Part shown: positions 10,509 through 19,380 of the stretch, one piece after another | Layout of the letters: every line of letters starts with the position of its first letter | How positions within the stretch are numbered: the stretch's first letter is position 1 | Virus record (IMG/VR): IMGVR_UViG_3300028804_000002 | Coordinates: 32,001-96,000 of that record | Reading direction: 5' to 3' (one strand) | From: a virus | Taxonomy: Duplodnaviria > Caudoviricetes | Length of the DNA stretch: 64,000 bases | Translations under genes and position numbers: made by a program | Notes under the pieces: generated by a model | The model's input: the letters and a program-made list of their open reading frames with translations, nothing else | The model's database searches: none | Told to the model about the DNA's origin: nothing

Positions 10509-10619
10509 TACCTTGAACCTGCTTATCTATAGATTATGCCCAAACAATGCCACCTATTTTTATGGGTGTGCCAATTCTGAGTATGACTCCTATCTAATAA
10601 TACGAGTTTTTCAAGGGTA
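10509..10619 (-). ncRNA. ssrS: 6S RNA, Bacteroidota/Flavobacteria (6S-Flavo) type
   Basis: Intergenic 111-nt rod: TACCCTTGAAAAACTCGTATTATTAGATAGGAGTCATACTCAGA...GTTTGGGCATAATCTATAGATAAGCAGGTTCAAGGTA. Terminal CCTTGAA/TTCAAGG stem, central bubble, apical stem-loop. Blocks match the 6S-Flavo consensus as I recall it. Confidence 0.75.
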
Positions 10620-10637
10620 CAGGTTTAGATAAACTTT

Positions 10638-10784
10638 TTATCTTTTAAATTTATTTCTTGATCTACCTGGATTCCATGGAGATTTTACTTTTTTATCTCC
10701 TTGGGCTGATACTGCTGTAGAAGCTGTCCCATCTCCTTTAATAAAGTAGATCTTTCTTTTTTGTTTACCAGATTTTGCTGCCAT
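10638..10784 (-). CDS. Small basic protein (48 aa, not in ORF track)
   Basis: MAAKSGKQKRKIYFIKGDGTASTAVSAQGDKKVKSPWNPGRSRNKFKR*; ATG 1 nt after upstream stop. Confidence 0.55.
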   Translation of the reverse strand: MAAKSGKQKRKIYFIKGDGTASTAVSAQGDKKVKSPWNPGRSRNKFKR

Positions 10785-10785
10785 T

Positions 10786-11190
10786 TCATTTAATTTTATC
10801 CATTATTTTTTTCAGTTTAGACTTATAGTTTTTCACTTTTGCATATCTCTTCACCTTCTTAACTATAGTCTCATCTCCATTCTTTACTCTGAGTACTTTT
10901 AGACCCATATCCCTACAATAGCTATCTCTACGTTTATCATACTCCTTTCTCTTATTATGAAAACTACCATCCACCTCTAAAATAAGTAGACGATTAGGTA
11001 TAATAAAGTCTAAAATATAATACTTAAAAGGCACTTGCGTTTTAAAGCCAATTCTAGCCTTTTTAAGGGCGTTTTTGGCATGCTGCTCACCTTTTGTAGG
11101 GTTAAGCCTCATCCTCTTTGCACGGGTCTGTAATTGCTTCTTAGTTACTTTCTTCTTTACTGCCATTCTATTGATTTTTATGATCCACAC
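10786..11190 (-). CDS. DUF559/Vsr-like PD-(D/E)XK endonuclease
   Basis: RAKRMRLNPT..E, FKTQ, YILDF, LILEVDGSFH, D..RD. Confidence 0.85.
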   Translation of the reverse strand: MWIIKINRMAVKKKVTKKQLQTRAKRMRLNPTKGEQHAKNALKKARIGFKTQVPFKYYILDFIIPNRLLILEVDGSFHNKRKEYDKRRDSYCRDMGLKVLRVKNGDETIVKKVKRYAKVKNYKSKLKKIMDKIK

Positions 11191-12905
11191 GTACCACCTT
11201 TACCAGTTATAGAACAAACATCATGAAATTCTTCTTTAAACTCTTGTCCTTCTTTGTTCTTAACTTCATGATAATCTACTATAGTAAGTGGTTGTCCTCC
11301 TCTCGCTTCATCAGGATAACACGTAAACCCTCTTAATCTATGAGCATATTTTACTAATATTCTAGCAAAATCTGTCACACGAGTATCGTTATTTAATTCA
11401 GAACCCCATTTAGGAAGATTAATTGTAGAACTGATAGACATATCCACATAATCTTGAACATCAGCTTGAAATTTGATTCTTTTCTCATAATCCGATGATA
11501 GTGATAAAGCAGTCTCCATATTATCTGGATTTACTCCAAACTCACGAATCAATATTTTAGCTGTTCCATCAACAACATATTGATAATGCCATTCTTTCTC
11601 TCCTTTTAAATAACGTCTTTTATAGGCTACCGCAAATAAAGGTTCTATACCAGTAGTTGTACCAGCTAGAATTCCAATACTTCCAGTAGGAGCAATAGCT
11701 CTAAAACCTGCGGGTTTTGATATACCTAATGAATTTGCTAACTCAATAGCACCTTTCTCACTTTCATCCTTCCAAACTTGAAGCCATTTATGTAACTCCG
11801 GTACTACTTCATATCTGTAACCACGTTTTAACAGCCATTCATGTATACCCATTAATCCCAGACCAAGTCTGCGGTTCTTCTCTCGAACTTGATATACTTT
11901 TTTATAAGGTAACTGAGCAACCATTGTTCCACATAAAAGAAATTTTGAAGCTAAATTACATGCATCTCTCCATTCATCTATAGAGTCAAATTGACTCATA
12001 TTCATAGAGGCTAAATTACATACATCAGAATCATCTTCACTAGTTACTTCTGTACAAGCGTTCCTGAGTGTTTCATTAACTTTCTCAAAGAAATTAAATG
12101 AGAATCCCGGTTCACCTGTTTTTAAAGCCTGTTTACAATTATCTATGAATGCAATTGGTATTTTAGCTATAATTAACTCTTCTCCACTATGATATTTACG
12201 TTTGATTTCTTGTATCGGAAGTGCATAGACTTCTTCCAAGAATTCGTTATCATAGTTTAAGCTAATATTAGTCATGTCTAAAGGAGCTGGATAATTAAAA
12301 TCCTTCTCTTTAAGATGACCTATAGTTAATTTATTACCTTCTTTATCATATGCTCCAGCAACTGGCATTGAAAACCAATCTTTGCAATGTAGAAATTCGT
12401 AAATATCATTATGTCTCCAATTCAATGAAGCATAAATAGCGCTTCTGCGACTACCTCCTTGCATGACCTCTCTACCTATCTCATTTATCATTTTCATTTT
12501 AGAAATGGGACCAGATGCTAAACCTCCAGTTTTAGATACTGTAGATCCTTTTGGTCTATAAATACTATAATCATTACCTATACCTCCACCTGTCATAAGA
12601 CAGTTCTCAGCCTTCCATGATAGATTGGCCCAGTCCTCTCTTGAATCAGCTTCAGATCTGAGTAGATAGCAATTATTAAAGTATTTATTTGGTCTACCTG
12701 CATAGTAAAGATACCTACCACCAGCTATAAATTTCATTTTTGAATGTAAAGTTATAAGCTGATCTTTATCTTCTTTAGATAAATAATCTCTACATACATC
12801 ATTAATTAACGTGTCGCTTAATTGCTCCCACGTCTCAGCTCCTTCATGTTTATATTTGTGTTCGAAGATAGCTTGAGAAAATTCTGTTCTAAAAGTTTTA
12901 TTCAT
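11178..12905 (-). CDS. nrdJ: Ribonucleotide reductase, class II (B12-dependent)-like
   Basis: AGGR, NNCYL, RRSA, RNACTE, CNLAS, APTGSI, C-terminal Cys pair; no beta subunit gene nearby. Confidence 0.82.
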   Translation of the reverse strand: MNKTFRTEFSQAIFEHKYKHEGAETWEQLSDTLINDVCRDYLSKEDKDQLITLHSKMKFIAGGRYLYYAGRPNKYFNNCYLLRSEADSREDWANLSWKAENCLMTGGGIGNDYSIYRPKGSTVSKTGGLASGPISKMKMINEIGREVMQGGSRRSAIYASLNWRHNDIYEFLHCKDWFSMPVAGAYDKEGNKLTIGHLKEKDFNYPAPLDMTNISLNYDNEFLEEVYALPIQEIKRKYHSGEELIIAKIPIAFIDNCKQALKTGEPGFSFNFFEKVNETLRNACTEVTSEDDSDVCNLASMNMSQFDSIDEWRDACNLASKFLLCGTMVAQLPYKKVYQVREKNRRLGLGLMGIHEWLLKRGYRYEVVPELHKWLQVWKDESEKGAIELANSLGISKPAGFRAIAPTGSIGILAGTTTGIEPLFAVAYKRRYLKGEKEWHYQYVVDGTAKILIREFGVNPDNMETALSLSSDYEKRIKFQADVQDYVDMSISSTINLPKWGSELNNDTRVTDFARILVKYAHRLRGFTCYPDEARGGQPLTIVDYHEVKNKEGQEFKEEFHDVCSITGKGGTCGS

Positions 12906-12923
12906 ATATAAGGGTGTAAGCCT

Positions 12924-12955
12924 TAAAGATACAAATTAATCACTAAATTACCAAT
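12924..12955 (-). promoter_or_regulatory. Variant Bacteroidota promoter upstream of RNR
   Basis: ATTG-N20-TATCTTTA. Confidence 0.5.
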
Positions 12956-12977
12956 TAATTTTCATTAATTTTTCAGA

Positions 12978-13409
12978 TTATTTTGCATCAGTACTACCAA
13001 ATCCACCCTCTCCACGAGTAGTTTTAGAATGTTCTTCTACTTCTTCAAATTCAATTTTAGGATATGGAATTATAACTAGTTGACCTACTTTGTCGCCTAT
13101 GTTATATTCTGTTGTATTCTTAATGTATCTAAATCTGAGTTCTATTTCTCCTCGATATCCAGAATCAATTACTCCTACCGAATTACATAATATCATACCA
13201 GTTTTTGAAATAGATGATCTTGGATATATTAAACCAACAAAACCTTCAGGTATCTCTAAAGAGAGTCCGGTTTTATACTGATAATATCCATAATCTTTTG
13301 TATCAATAATATCCTTAGATATTGCTACTAAATCTAATCCAGCATCAGTATTATGTGCGTAAGTGGGTATTATTGCTTCTGGACAAAGTTTTTTAATCTT
13401 GACTTTCAT
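12978..13409 (-). CDS. dut: dUTPase (trimeric)
   Basis: DAGLDL, PRSS, GVIDSGYRGEI, GQL, RGEGGFGST. Confidence 0.97.
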   Translation of the reverse strand: MKVKIKKLCPEAIIPTYAHNTDAGLDLVAISKDIIDTKDYGYYQYKTGLSLEIPEGFVGLIYPRSSISKTGMILCNSVGVIDSGYRGEIELRFRYIKNTTEYNIGDKVGQLVIIPYPKIEFEEVEEHSKTTRGEGGFGSTDAK

Positions 13410-14067
13410 CTATAATAAAATCTTTTATATTCACTTTATTATCATAGATATAAGTTTCAAGATCTAAATTTGGCTTACTACACAATTCTTTGGCTTCTTT
13501 TAATAATTCTATATTCTTTTCAAAGTCTCTTCTCTCAGTACTTAACTCTCTTGCAAAAGATCTAATACATTCTTCTTGAAATGGATATAGATAACAATAT
13601 AATTTCTTTTGTTCATCTTCTCTTAAAGATTTCCATCTAAAATCTATTATTCTTTTCTTTGCATCCGGACTAAATTTAGAATAAGAACCATTTATAAAAT
13701 TTGTCCAATCGGAAGACCAATCAGATAAATCAAATGTATAAATATATTCATCTTGACTTTCATAAAATCCTGTGAAGTTTCTATTGGACATCAAAACATC
13801 TGTCTCAAACCTCTCCCAATTATTTATAGGATTGTTTATCTTTAACTTATTAATACTATTTATCTCATTCATTTCATATTCTTTCGAGTATGTAAGAATT
13901 AACGTTTCATCTTGAATAGTAAGTCCGTTTGGATAATCAGTAGAAACAAGTGTTGGAGATGCAATATAAGTATTTACTGGTCTATAAATTTTATCTTTTC
14001 TTATTCCAGTTAATGGAAGTAGAAAAATCCTAGATTTTTGTATATAAGCTTTTTGTAATAAACTCAT
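13393..14067 (-). CDS. Conserved phage hypothetical protein
   Basis: 224 aa, overlaps dut start; GSYSKFS and ELCSKP motifs. Confidence 0.6.
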   Translation of the reverse strand: MSLLQKAYIQKSRIFLLPLTGIRKDKIYRPVNTYIASPTLVSTDYPNGLTIQDETLILTYSKEYEMNEINSINKLKINNPINNWERFETDVLMSNRNFTGFYESQDEYIYTFDLSDWSSDWTNFINGSYSKFSPDAKKRIIDFRWKSLREDEQKKLYCYLYPFQEECIRSFARELSTERRDFEKNIELLKEAKELCSKPNLDLETYIYDNKVNIKDFIIDESQD

Positions 14068-14087
14068 TTATTAATATTAGCATCATA

Positions 14088-15653
14088 TTATATGCTCACA
14101 CCTTCATTTGCAAATTCGTAAGGTAAATCATATCTTTTATTATATACGTGCCAATATGCCATATCAGAGAACTGATACAGCTTTTGTTTCCATTTTTTAA
14201 TTGTACCAGATTTTACATTAAATACATAGCATAAATTGTTTTTATCAACTATTATGAAATTAAAAACAAGCTTTATTTTTTTATTTTCAGTTGTTAATAT
14301 TTCATACAATATAGCCATTCTCATTGACAATTCATCTGATATGTTTTCTGGAAATTCATACAGATTTTTATCAATTTTCTTGAATATATTGATATACATA
14401 GTTGGATGATTAGATAAATCAAGTTTAGTTATATCAGAGAAATCTGAGATAAGGTATGGCTTATCTTTAATTTTTTCTGAAATATACTGTTTATTGAGTT
14501 CTATCTTATCAGTTTTATTAACCTTTATACTACACTTTTTTACAATATGCAGTTCTTTTAAAGTTTTTGAAAGAGTTTTTAAAGATTCTACTTTTTCTTT
14601 AGTTATTAAGATTTTATCATCTTTTACTAGACAGAATCTAAAATAATCATCAAATTCTTTAGCCATTATTTCAACTGCTCCAAGAGATTCTTTATAACCT
14701 GAATATTCATAAGCCTTTTTCTTAAGATCTTCAAGATCATCGATTTCATCTTTCTCTATCATATCAGCTGATATCAAATCAGCTAATTTTGTGAGATATT
14801 TTTTCATCATATCAGAAGAAGGCTCTTTTTCAACCATAGTAAAAAATTCATCTATTTGTTCTGGATGAAATATTAATAAGAACAAATATTTTTCTTCAAT
14901 TTCTTCTTTAGTAAGAGAAGATCTTACTGAATTTTTGTCTATTTTAAGTAATTTGTATAGAGGAGGATTAGTTCTTAATAATTGAATATCATTAGATGTA
15001 AACTTAAGATCTTCTGTATTTTTTGAGTAATCCTTAACTTCACAACCAAGTTTTTTAGTTACTAAATTAGTAATATCTTCTCCTGTAATAAAATCTATAT
15101 AATTACTTACATCATTCGAAAGAATATTTTTTAAATTAACTCCTGGATAATTTATTATATCTTGAATTTCATTATTTCCATAAATATCAGTTGCATTATC
15201 ATATTCATTATAAACTGAACTATAAGAAAACATTGGATGATCATTTCTTATCTCTAAATAATTAGAAACTCTGGTTATTCTTGTATGTCCATCTTTTTGA
15301 TATACTGCTATATATTCTGATAGAAAATCTTCTTCCTCATCAAATTCTTCTTCGTTTTGTTCATCGACATTAATTAGTCCACCATCAAAACCACCAATCA
15401 TTGGTTCAATAGCATGAGAAGTAATATCAAGTTGTTTTATTATTTCTTGATCAACATTAACTGCATTTAAAATTTCATTAGCATTAGAATCTGATTTAGT
15501 TTCTTTAACTTCTTCTTTTTTAAATACATTTGGAAATTCAAATTTATATCTATCACTAATATCTTTGTAACTTTGATATTTATGAGATCCAAAAACAAGT
15601 TCATCAAATGCATTTTTTTTAGAAGAAGTTTTATCTTTTTCTTTATCGTTCAT
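14088..15653 (-). CDS. PD-(D/E)XK exonuclease-like protein with acidic N-terminal extension, possibly inactive
   Basis: C-terminal YWH...YDLPYEF resembles crAss-type exonuclease; no clear D-x-K catalytic motif. Confidence 0.45.
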   Translation of the reverse strand: MNDKEKDKTSSKKNAFDELVFGSHKYQSYKDISDRYKFEFPNVFKKEEVKETKSDSNANEILNAVNVDQEIIKQLDITSHAIEPMIGGFDGGLINVDEQNEEEFDEEEDFLSEYIAVYQKDGHTRITRVSNYLEIRNDHPMFSYSSVYNEYDNATDIYGNNEIQDIINYPGVNLKNILSNDVSNYIDFITGEDITNLVTKKLGCEVKDYSKNTEDLKFTSNDIQLLRTNPPLYKLLKIDKNSVRSSLTKEEIEEKYLFLLIFHPEQIDEFFTMVEKEPSSDMMKKYLTKLADLISADMIEKDEIDDLEDLKKKAYEYSGYKESLGAVEIMAKEFDDYFRFCLVKDDKILITKEKVESLKTLSKTLKELHIVKKCSIKVNKTDKIELNKQYISEKIKDKPYLISDFSDITKLDLSNHPTMYINIFKKIDKNLYEFPENISDELSMRMAILYEILTTENKKIKLVFNFIIVDKNNLCYVFNVKSGTIKKWKQKLYQFSDMAYWHVYNKRYDLPYEFANEGVSI

Positions 15654-16024
15654 ATTTTTTGATTTATCAATTTATAAAAATCACTTTTTTTCATTATCAC
15701 ATACTCTCCCATTTTCTTAAATATTTTTTTTGAATTTTTTTGTTCAATTTTTTTAGTATATTCATGAAAAATAACTAAAGGTTTATCTAATAACTGAAAT
15801 TCAGAAAATAAATCTTCGTACTTTGGATAACCTGTAATAGATTTAGCTTGTATGTGATATGGAAATTTATTTAGACTATCTGGATAGTCGCATATATCTA
15901 CTAAATTATCATCCATAAATCTGGATAATAGCCTTGAAGTACCTACTTTATAACCCATTTCATTGAGTTCTTTACATAGTTTACGTTCATAATTCGAGCC
16001 TTTGACTTTATTTCTATTTGCCAT
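15650..16024 (-). CDS. Holliday junction resolvase-like PD-(D/E)XK nuclease
   Basis: KGSNYERKL...VDI...IQAK. Confidence 0.75.
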   Translation of the reverse strand: MANRNKVKGSNYERKLCKELNEMGYKVGTSRLLSRFMDDNLVDICDYPDSLNKFPYHIQAKSITGYPKYEDLFSEFQLLDKPLVIFHEYTKKIEQKNSKKIFKKMGEYVIMKKSDFYKLINQKI

Positions 16025-16029
16025 AATAG

Positions 16030-16061
16030 CAAATATATGCTTTTTTACTCAGATTACCAAA
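16030..16061 (-). promoter_or_regulatory. Bacteroidota-type promoter
   Basis: TTTG-N20-TATATTTG, 5 nt before ATG. Confidence 0.75.
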
Positions 16062-16599
16062 GATTTTTACAAAATTCTAAACACAAATTCTTATTACTCA
16101 TTCTATGATTTTCAAACTCATTCATGATTTTATAAGTTTTTATCTCTTTAATTAAATCATAGAAAAGTGGTTGTTCTGGTTTAGAAACTATCATAGAAAA
16201 AGAACTATATTTACAATGCTTTAATGTATACTCTACAATATCTATAAATATAGAAAATAATTTATTCAGATCTTTTTCAGATATCTCAAAATGATTCATA
16301 CCAAAGAATCTCTCCTTAATATAAAATCTCTTTCCGATTACTTTTCCACAACATGGATAAAATTCACCAAGTTCCATGCTAATTACAATACCTTGCTTGC
16401 AATTTATTGAAAATCCGGTACTTGTTCTAAGATCTCCACTAAGTCTGTGATTAAAATCTCTGAATCTTTTTTTAAGTAATTCTTCTATAGAAGTTACTTC
16501 CTCTTTTTCATCTTTGTCAAAAAACATTAGCTTATATTCGCCAATTTTCTTTATCTTTTCTAAATATTCATCAATATTAGTATTCATAAACTGTTGCAC
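16054..16599 (-). CDS. GNAT-like protein with CCG motif
   Basis: EFYPCCGKVI...EFENHR; similar to 17473, 43155 and 44517 ORFs. Confidence 0.45.
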   Translation of the reverse strand: MQQFMNTNIDEYLEKIKKIGEYKLMFFDKDEKEEVTSIEELLKKRFRDFNHRLSGDLRTSTGFSINCKQGIVISMELGEFYPCCGKVIGKRFYIKERFFGMNHFEISEKDLNKLFSIFIDIVEYTLKHCKYSSFSMIVSKPEQPLFYDLIKEIKTYKIMNEFENHRMSNKNLCLEFCKNLW

Positions 16600-17458
16600 G
16601 TCTTTGTAAAGCCTCTTCAGTTGGCTTTAGTAAGATATTTATTTCATATTTTTTACATAATTCAAGAGCCAGTTCTTTATTTGAAGTATTAATACATTCG
16701 ATGATTTTATCAGCGTCTTTATCAATTTCTTTCATTGAATTTGCATTATAATAGTCAAACATTTGATTAATTTGACCAAAAATATAATTCAATGTATCTT
16801 CACTATTGAAACAATAACCTGAAAGAGTTCTTGCTTCAAAACCTTGAACTTCTCCCCAATTTTGTAATCTAAATGCACCTGCTTGACCATAAAGCTCTCT
16901 TCTTTTTGTATCTCTATCTATAAGAACTAATGGAACAGCTACAAAAGTATCAAATACTTTCATAAGTTCAATACTTCTATCAACACTTGCATTAGGATAA
17001 CTAAAGTGGAAATGACCACCAGTAGTTCTTAAACCACCTGGAAATTTATCAGGTTTATCATTAATTTCCCCGTCTTTCCATGCGTTATAATCACTATCGC
17101 ATCCTATCTGATTAGCTTCAGGATCAAGTAATTGTTCATCAGGTACTACAGCAGAAGCACAACAAACAAGTCTCAGATTTTTGTTTTTTATGTAATTATT
17201 TTTAATATATTCTTTTACATAATTAACATTTTCAATGAAAATATCACCTTCACTTATTTTTACAGGAGGTACATTACATTCAGCTAATACACCATCATGT
17301 TGTGTACAACATCCATCTTTATCTGTTTTTTCTGGATTTTGTTTGGTACCAATAAGATAAGGTATAGCTGACACTATATCTCCTGTATTTTCATTTTCAA
17401 CGAACATTTCAAAATCTGAACCTACTAATACTGCTTCTTTATCAATTTTATTCTTCAT
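16577..17458 (-). CDS. phiEco32-like COOH-NH2 ligase type 2
   Basis: VGSDFEMF, GTK..P, QHDGVLAECN, GCDSDYNAW, LRTTGGHFH, RRELYGQAGAFR, FEARTLS. Confidence 0.9.
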   Translation of the reverse strand: MKNKIDKEAVLVGSDFEMFVENENTGDIVSAIPYLIGTKQNPEKTDKDGCCTQHDGVLAECNVPPVKISEGDIFIENVNYVKEYIKNNYIKNKNLRLVCCASAVVPDEQLLDPEANQIGCDSDYNAWKDGEINDKPDKFPGGLRTTGGHFHFSYPNASVDRSIELMKVFDTFVAVPLVLIDRDTKRRELYGQAGAFRLQNWGEVQGFEARTLSGYCFNSEDTLNYIFGQINQMFDYYNANSMKEIDKDADKIIECINTSNKELALELCKKYEINILLKPTEEALQRRATVYEY

Positions 17459-17472
17459 ATATTTTCAATTAA

Positions 17473-17967
17473 TTAATTTAAGAAATACATCCACACATTT
17501 ATTCTGTTAAGAGTTTTTGGATTTATAAAATCTGCAACAAGCTTCCATCTATTTTTAATAAATATCTTTTTCTGATATTCATTCATATCTTTATCAGTAG
17601 CTTGAATAATTCCATAACCATAATACTTACAGAAATCTATACAAAATAAATTTATTAAAGAACCAAGTCCTTTATTTAAATATAATTTTGATACAAATAC
17701 ATCACTATTAATTATGATACCAGAACAATTTACCATATCCTGAAGTATAAATCTTGCTATAGGTTTTTGACCTATTGTTATTGCAAATATAAAATTTGCC
17801 TGACCTTTTTGTATATCTTCTGGATTATATTGGCTGATAAATTCTTCCAGGGTGAATCTCACCCCAGAAGAATTTTCATATACATTAATATCTAATTTGC
17901 TCGGATCAATTTCAATAGCCTTACCAAAATCATTTCTTAATTTCGCTACTGACTCCTGAATTTTCAT
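17473..17967 (-). CDS. GNAT-like acetyltransferase
   Basis: DMVNCSG; VFVSKLYLNKGLGSL (acetyl-CoA motif A-like); WKLVADFINPKT. Confidence 0.55.
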   Translation of the reverse strand: MKIQESVAKLRNDFGKAIEIDPSKLDINVYENSSGVRFTLEEFISQYNPEDIQKGQANFIFAITIGQKPIARFILQDMVNCSGIIINSDVFVSKLYLNKGLGSLINLFCIDFCKYYGYGIIQATDKDMNEYQKKIFIKNRWKLVADFINPKTLNRINVWMYFLN

Positions 17968-18706
17968 CTTTCTTTAAATTTGGTGATTTACTGAGTAAAT
18001 TTTTAATGAGATAATTGCCTAAAACGTTGTAATCTTCCTCAGTATGGAATTGACATCCTGCAATAGGCAAACTTTCATGCTCAATTGCTTCAACAACACC
18101 ATCTTTTGTTTTACAAATAACTTTTATACCTTTTGGTATGTCATTTCTTTCGTCATCTTGATATGCTCCTTGATGATGGAGTGAACAAGTAGCAATAGAT
18201 TTATTCTTATTGTTCTTTCTTTTTGCTAAAAGAGTCATTTCAAGCATTTTATATTCTGGTTCAAAAACCAGTTCATGAACTAATTCACCTCTATATTCAT
18301 CACTATAAGCATGATTAATAATATTTTGACATAAGCTTCCACCAAATTTAACAATGAGTTGTTGCATACCAAGACAAGTACCAAATACTGGAACTCCAGC
18401 TTCGATATATTTATCTAAGGTTTTATTAACAAACCATTCTTTAAATTGATCTGGACTACTATTTGTAAAATTTGGTGGTTCATTATAGAGAAAACTTGGG
18501 GTATCTGGACCTCCCGGTAAAAATACCAAATCCAAACCTTCTACCATTGCATTCATTGGAGTTAGTACAACTACATCTCCAAATAATCCTAAATGGATCA
18601 TATAAGGTAGAGTCGCTCCAAATGAATTCTCTCCAACTTTCCATCCTACTATACCAATTAATGGCTTTTTTTTACTTTTCATATTAAATCTCAGTTTTAT
18701 AATCAA
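17930..18706 (-). CDS. Class I glutamine amidotransferase / peptidase C26 (gamma-glutamyl hydrolase-like)
   Basis: PLIGI, PGGPD, GTCLGMQ, SLHHQG, QFHTE. Confidence 0.88.
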   Translation of the reverse strand: MIIKLRFNMKSKKKPLIGIVGWKVGENSFGATLPYMIHLGLFGDVVVLTPMNAMVEGLDLVFLPGGPDTPSFLYNEPPNFTNSSPDQFKEWFVNKTLDKYIEAGVPVFGTCLGMQQLIVKFGGSLCQNIINHAYSDEYRGELVHELVFEPEYKMLEMTLLAKRKNNKNKSIATCSLHHQGAYQDDERNDIPKGIKVICKTKDGVVEAIEHESLPIAGCQFHTEEDYNVLGNYLIKNLLSKSPNLKKDENSGVSSEIKK

Positions 18707-18709
18707 TTA

Positions 18710-19378
18710 TTAAAGTTCATCATTGAAAAATTTCATAAATGTAGTTTGCATCCATTCAATTGTAGCATCATAATATTTACTTCCAAACATCATTTCAGGA
18801 TGACCTTGAATACCCATTGCATTAATTTTTGGAAAATATGCTGCTTCAATTTCTTTAAATTCCACAGGTAATGCAACAGATCTATCTTTTGCACCAAGAT
18901 ATCTTGTAGATATTCTTTTTGTAGTCCAGGCTAAAATTTTATATTCTTTACCTGACTTCAAATTATATGGATTTATCATTTGATGATGTATACTATTTGT
19001 TCTAATTTTTACTCCATCAAAAGTAGTCATACTATGATCACCACCATGACCAGTAACATCCTGAATAAGTTTACCACCAGCCATTGCACATAAAAATTGC
19101 AATCCACGACAAGTTCCATACATTTTCTTACCAAGTTTAAGACCTTTTTCAAAGTCTTTCTTTTCTCTTCTTTCTCTTTCAGGACTTGAATAAGTTCTAC
19201 TACCTTCTTTCTCTCCATAAGTTGATGGTTCTATATCAGCACCACCACCAAATATGATGACATCAGCATCTTCTAAAGATTCAGTAAATTCAAATCCAAG
19301 AGGTTCTAGCCAGTTACCATGACCTCTTCCAGTTGCAGAAGCAAAGTATTTGTATTTTTTTTCTTCTTTTTCTTTCAT
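18710..19378 (-). CDS. Class I glutamine amidotransferase (phage C26-like)
   Basis: GGGADI, GTCRGLQ, SIHHQM, QGHPE. Confidence 0.88.
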   Translation of the reverse strand: MKEKEEKKYKYFASATGRGHGNWLEPLGFEFTESLEDADVIIFGGGADIEPSTYGEKEGSRTYSSPERERREKKDFEKGLKLGKKMYGTCRGLQFLCAMAGGKLIQDVTGHGGDHSMTTFDGVKIRTNSIHHQMINPYNLKSGKEYKILAWTTKRISTRYLGAKDRSVALPVEFKEIEAAYFPKINAMGIQGHPEMMFGSKYYDATIEWMQTTFMKFFNDEL

Positions 19379-19380
19379 AT

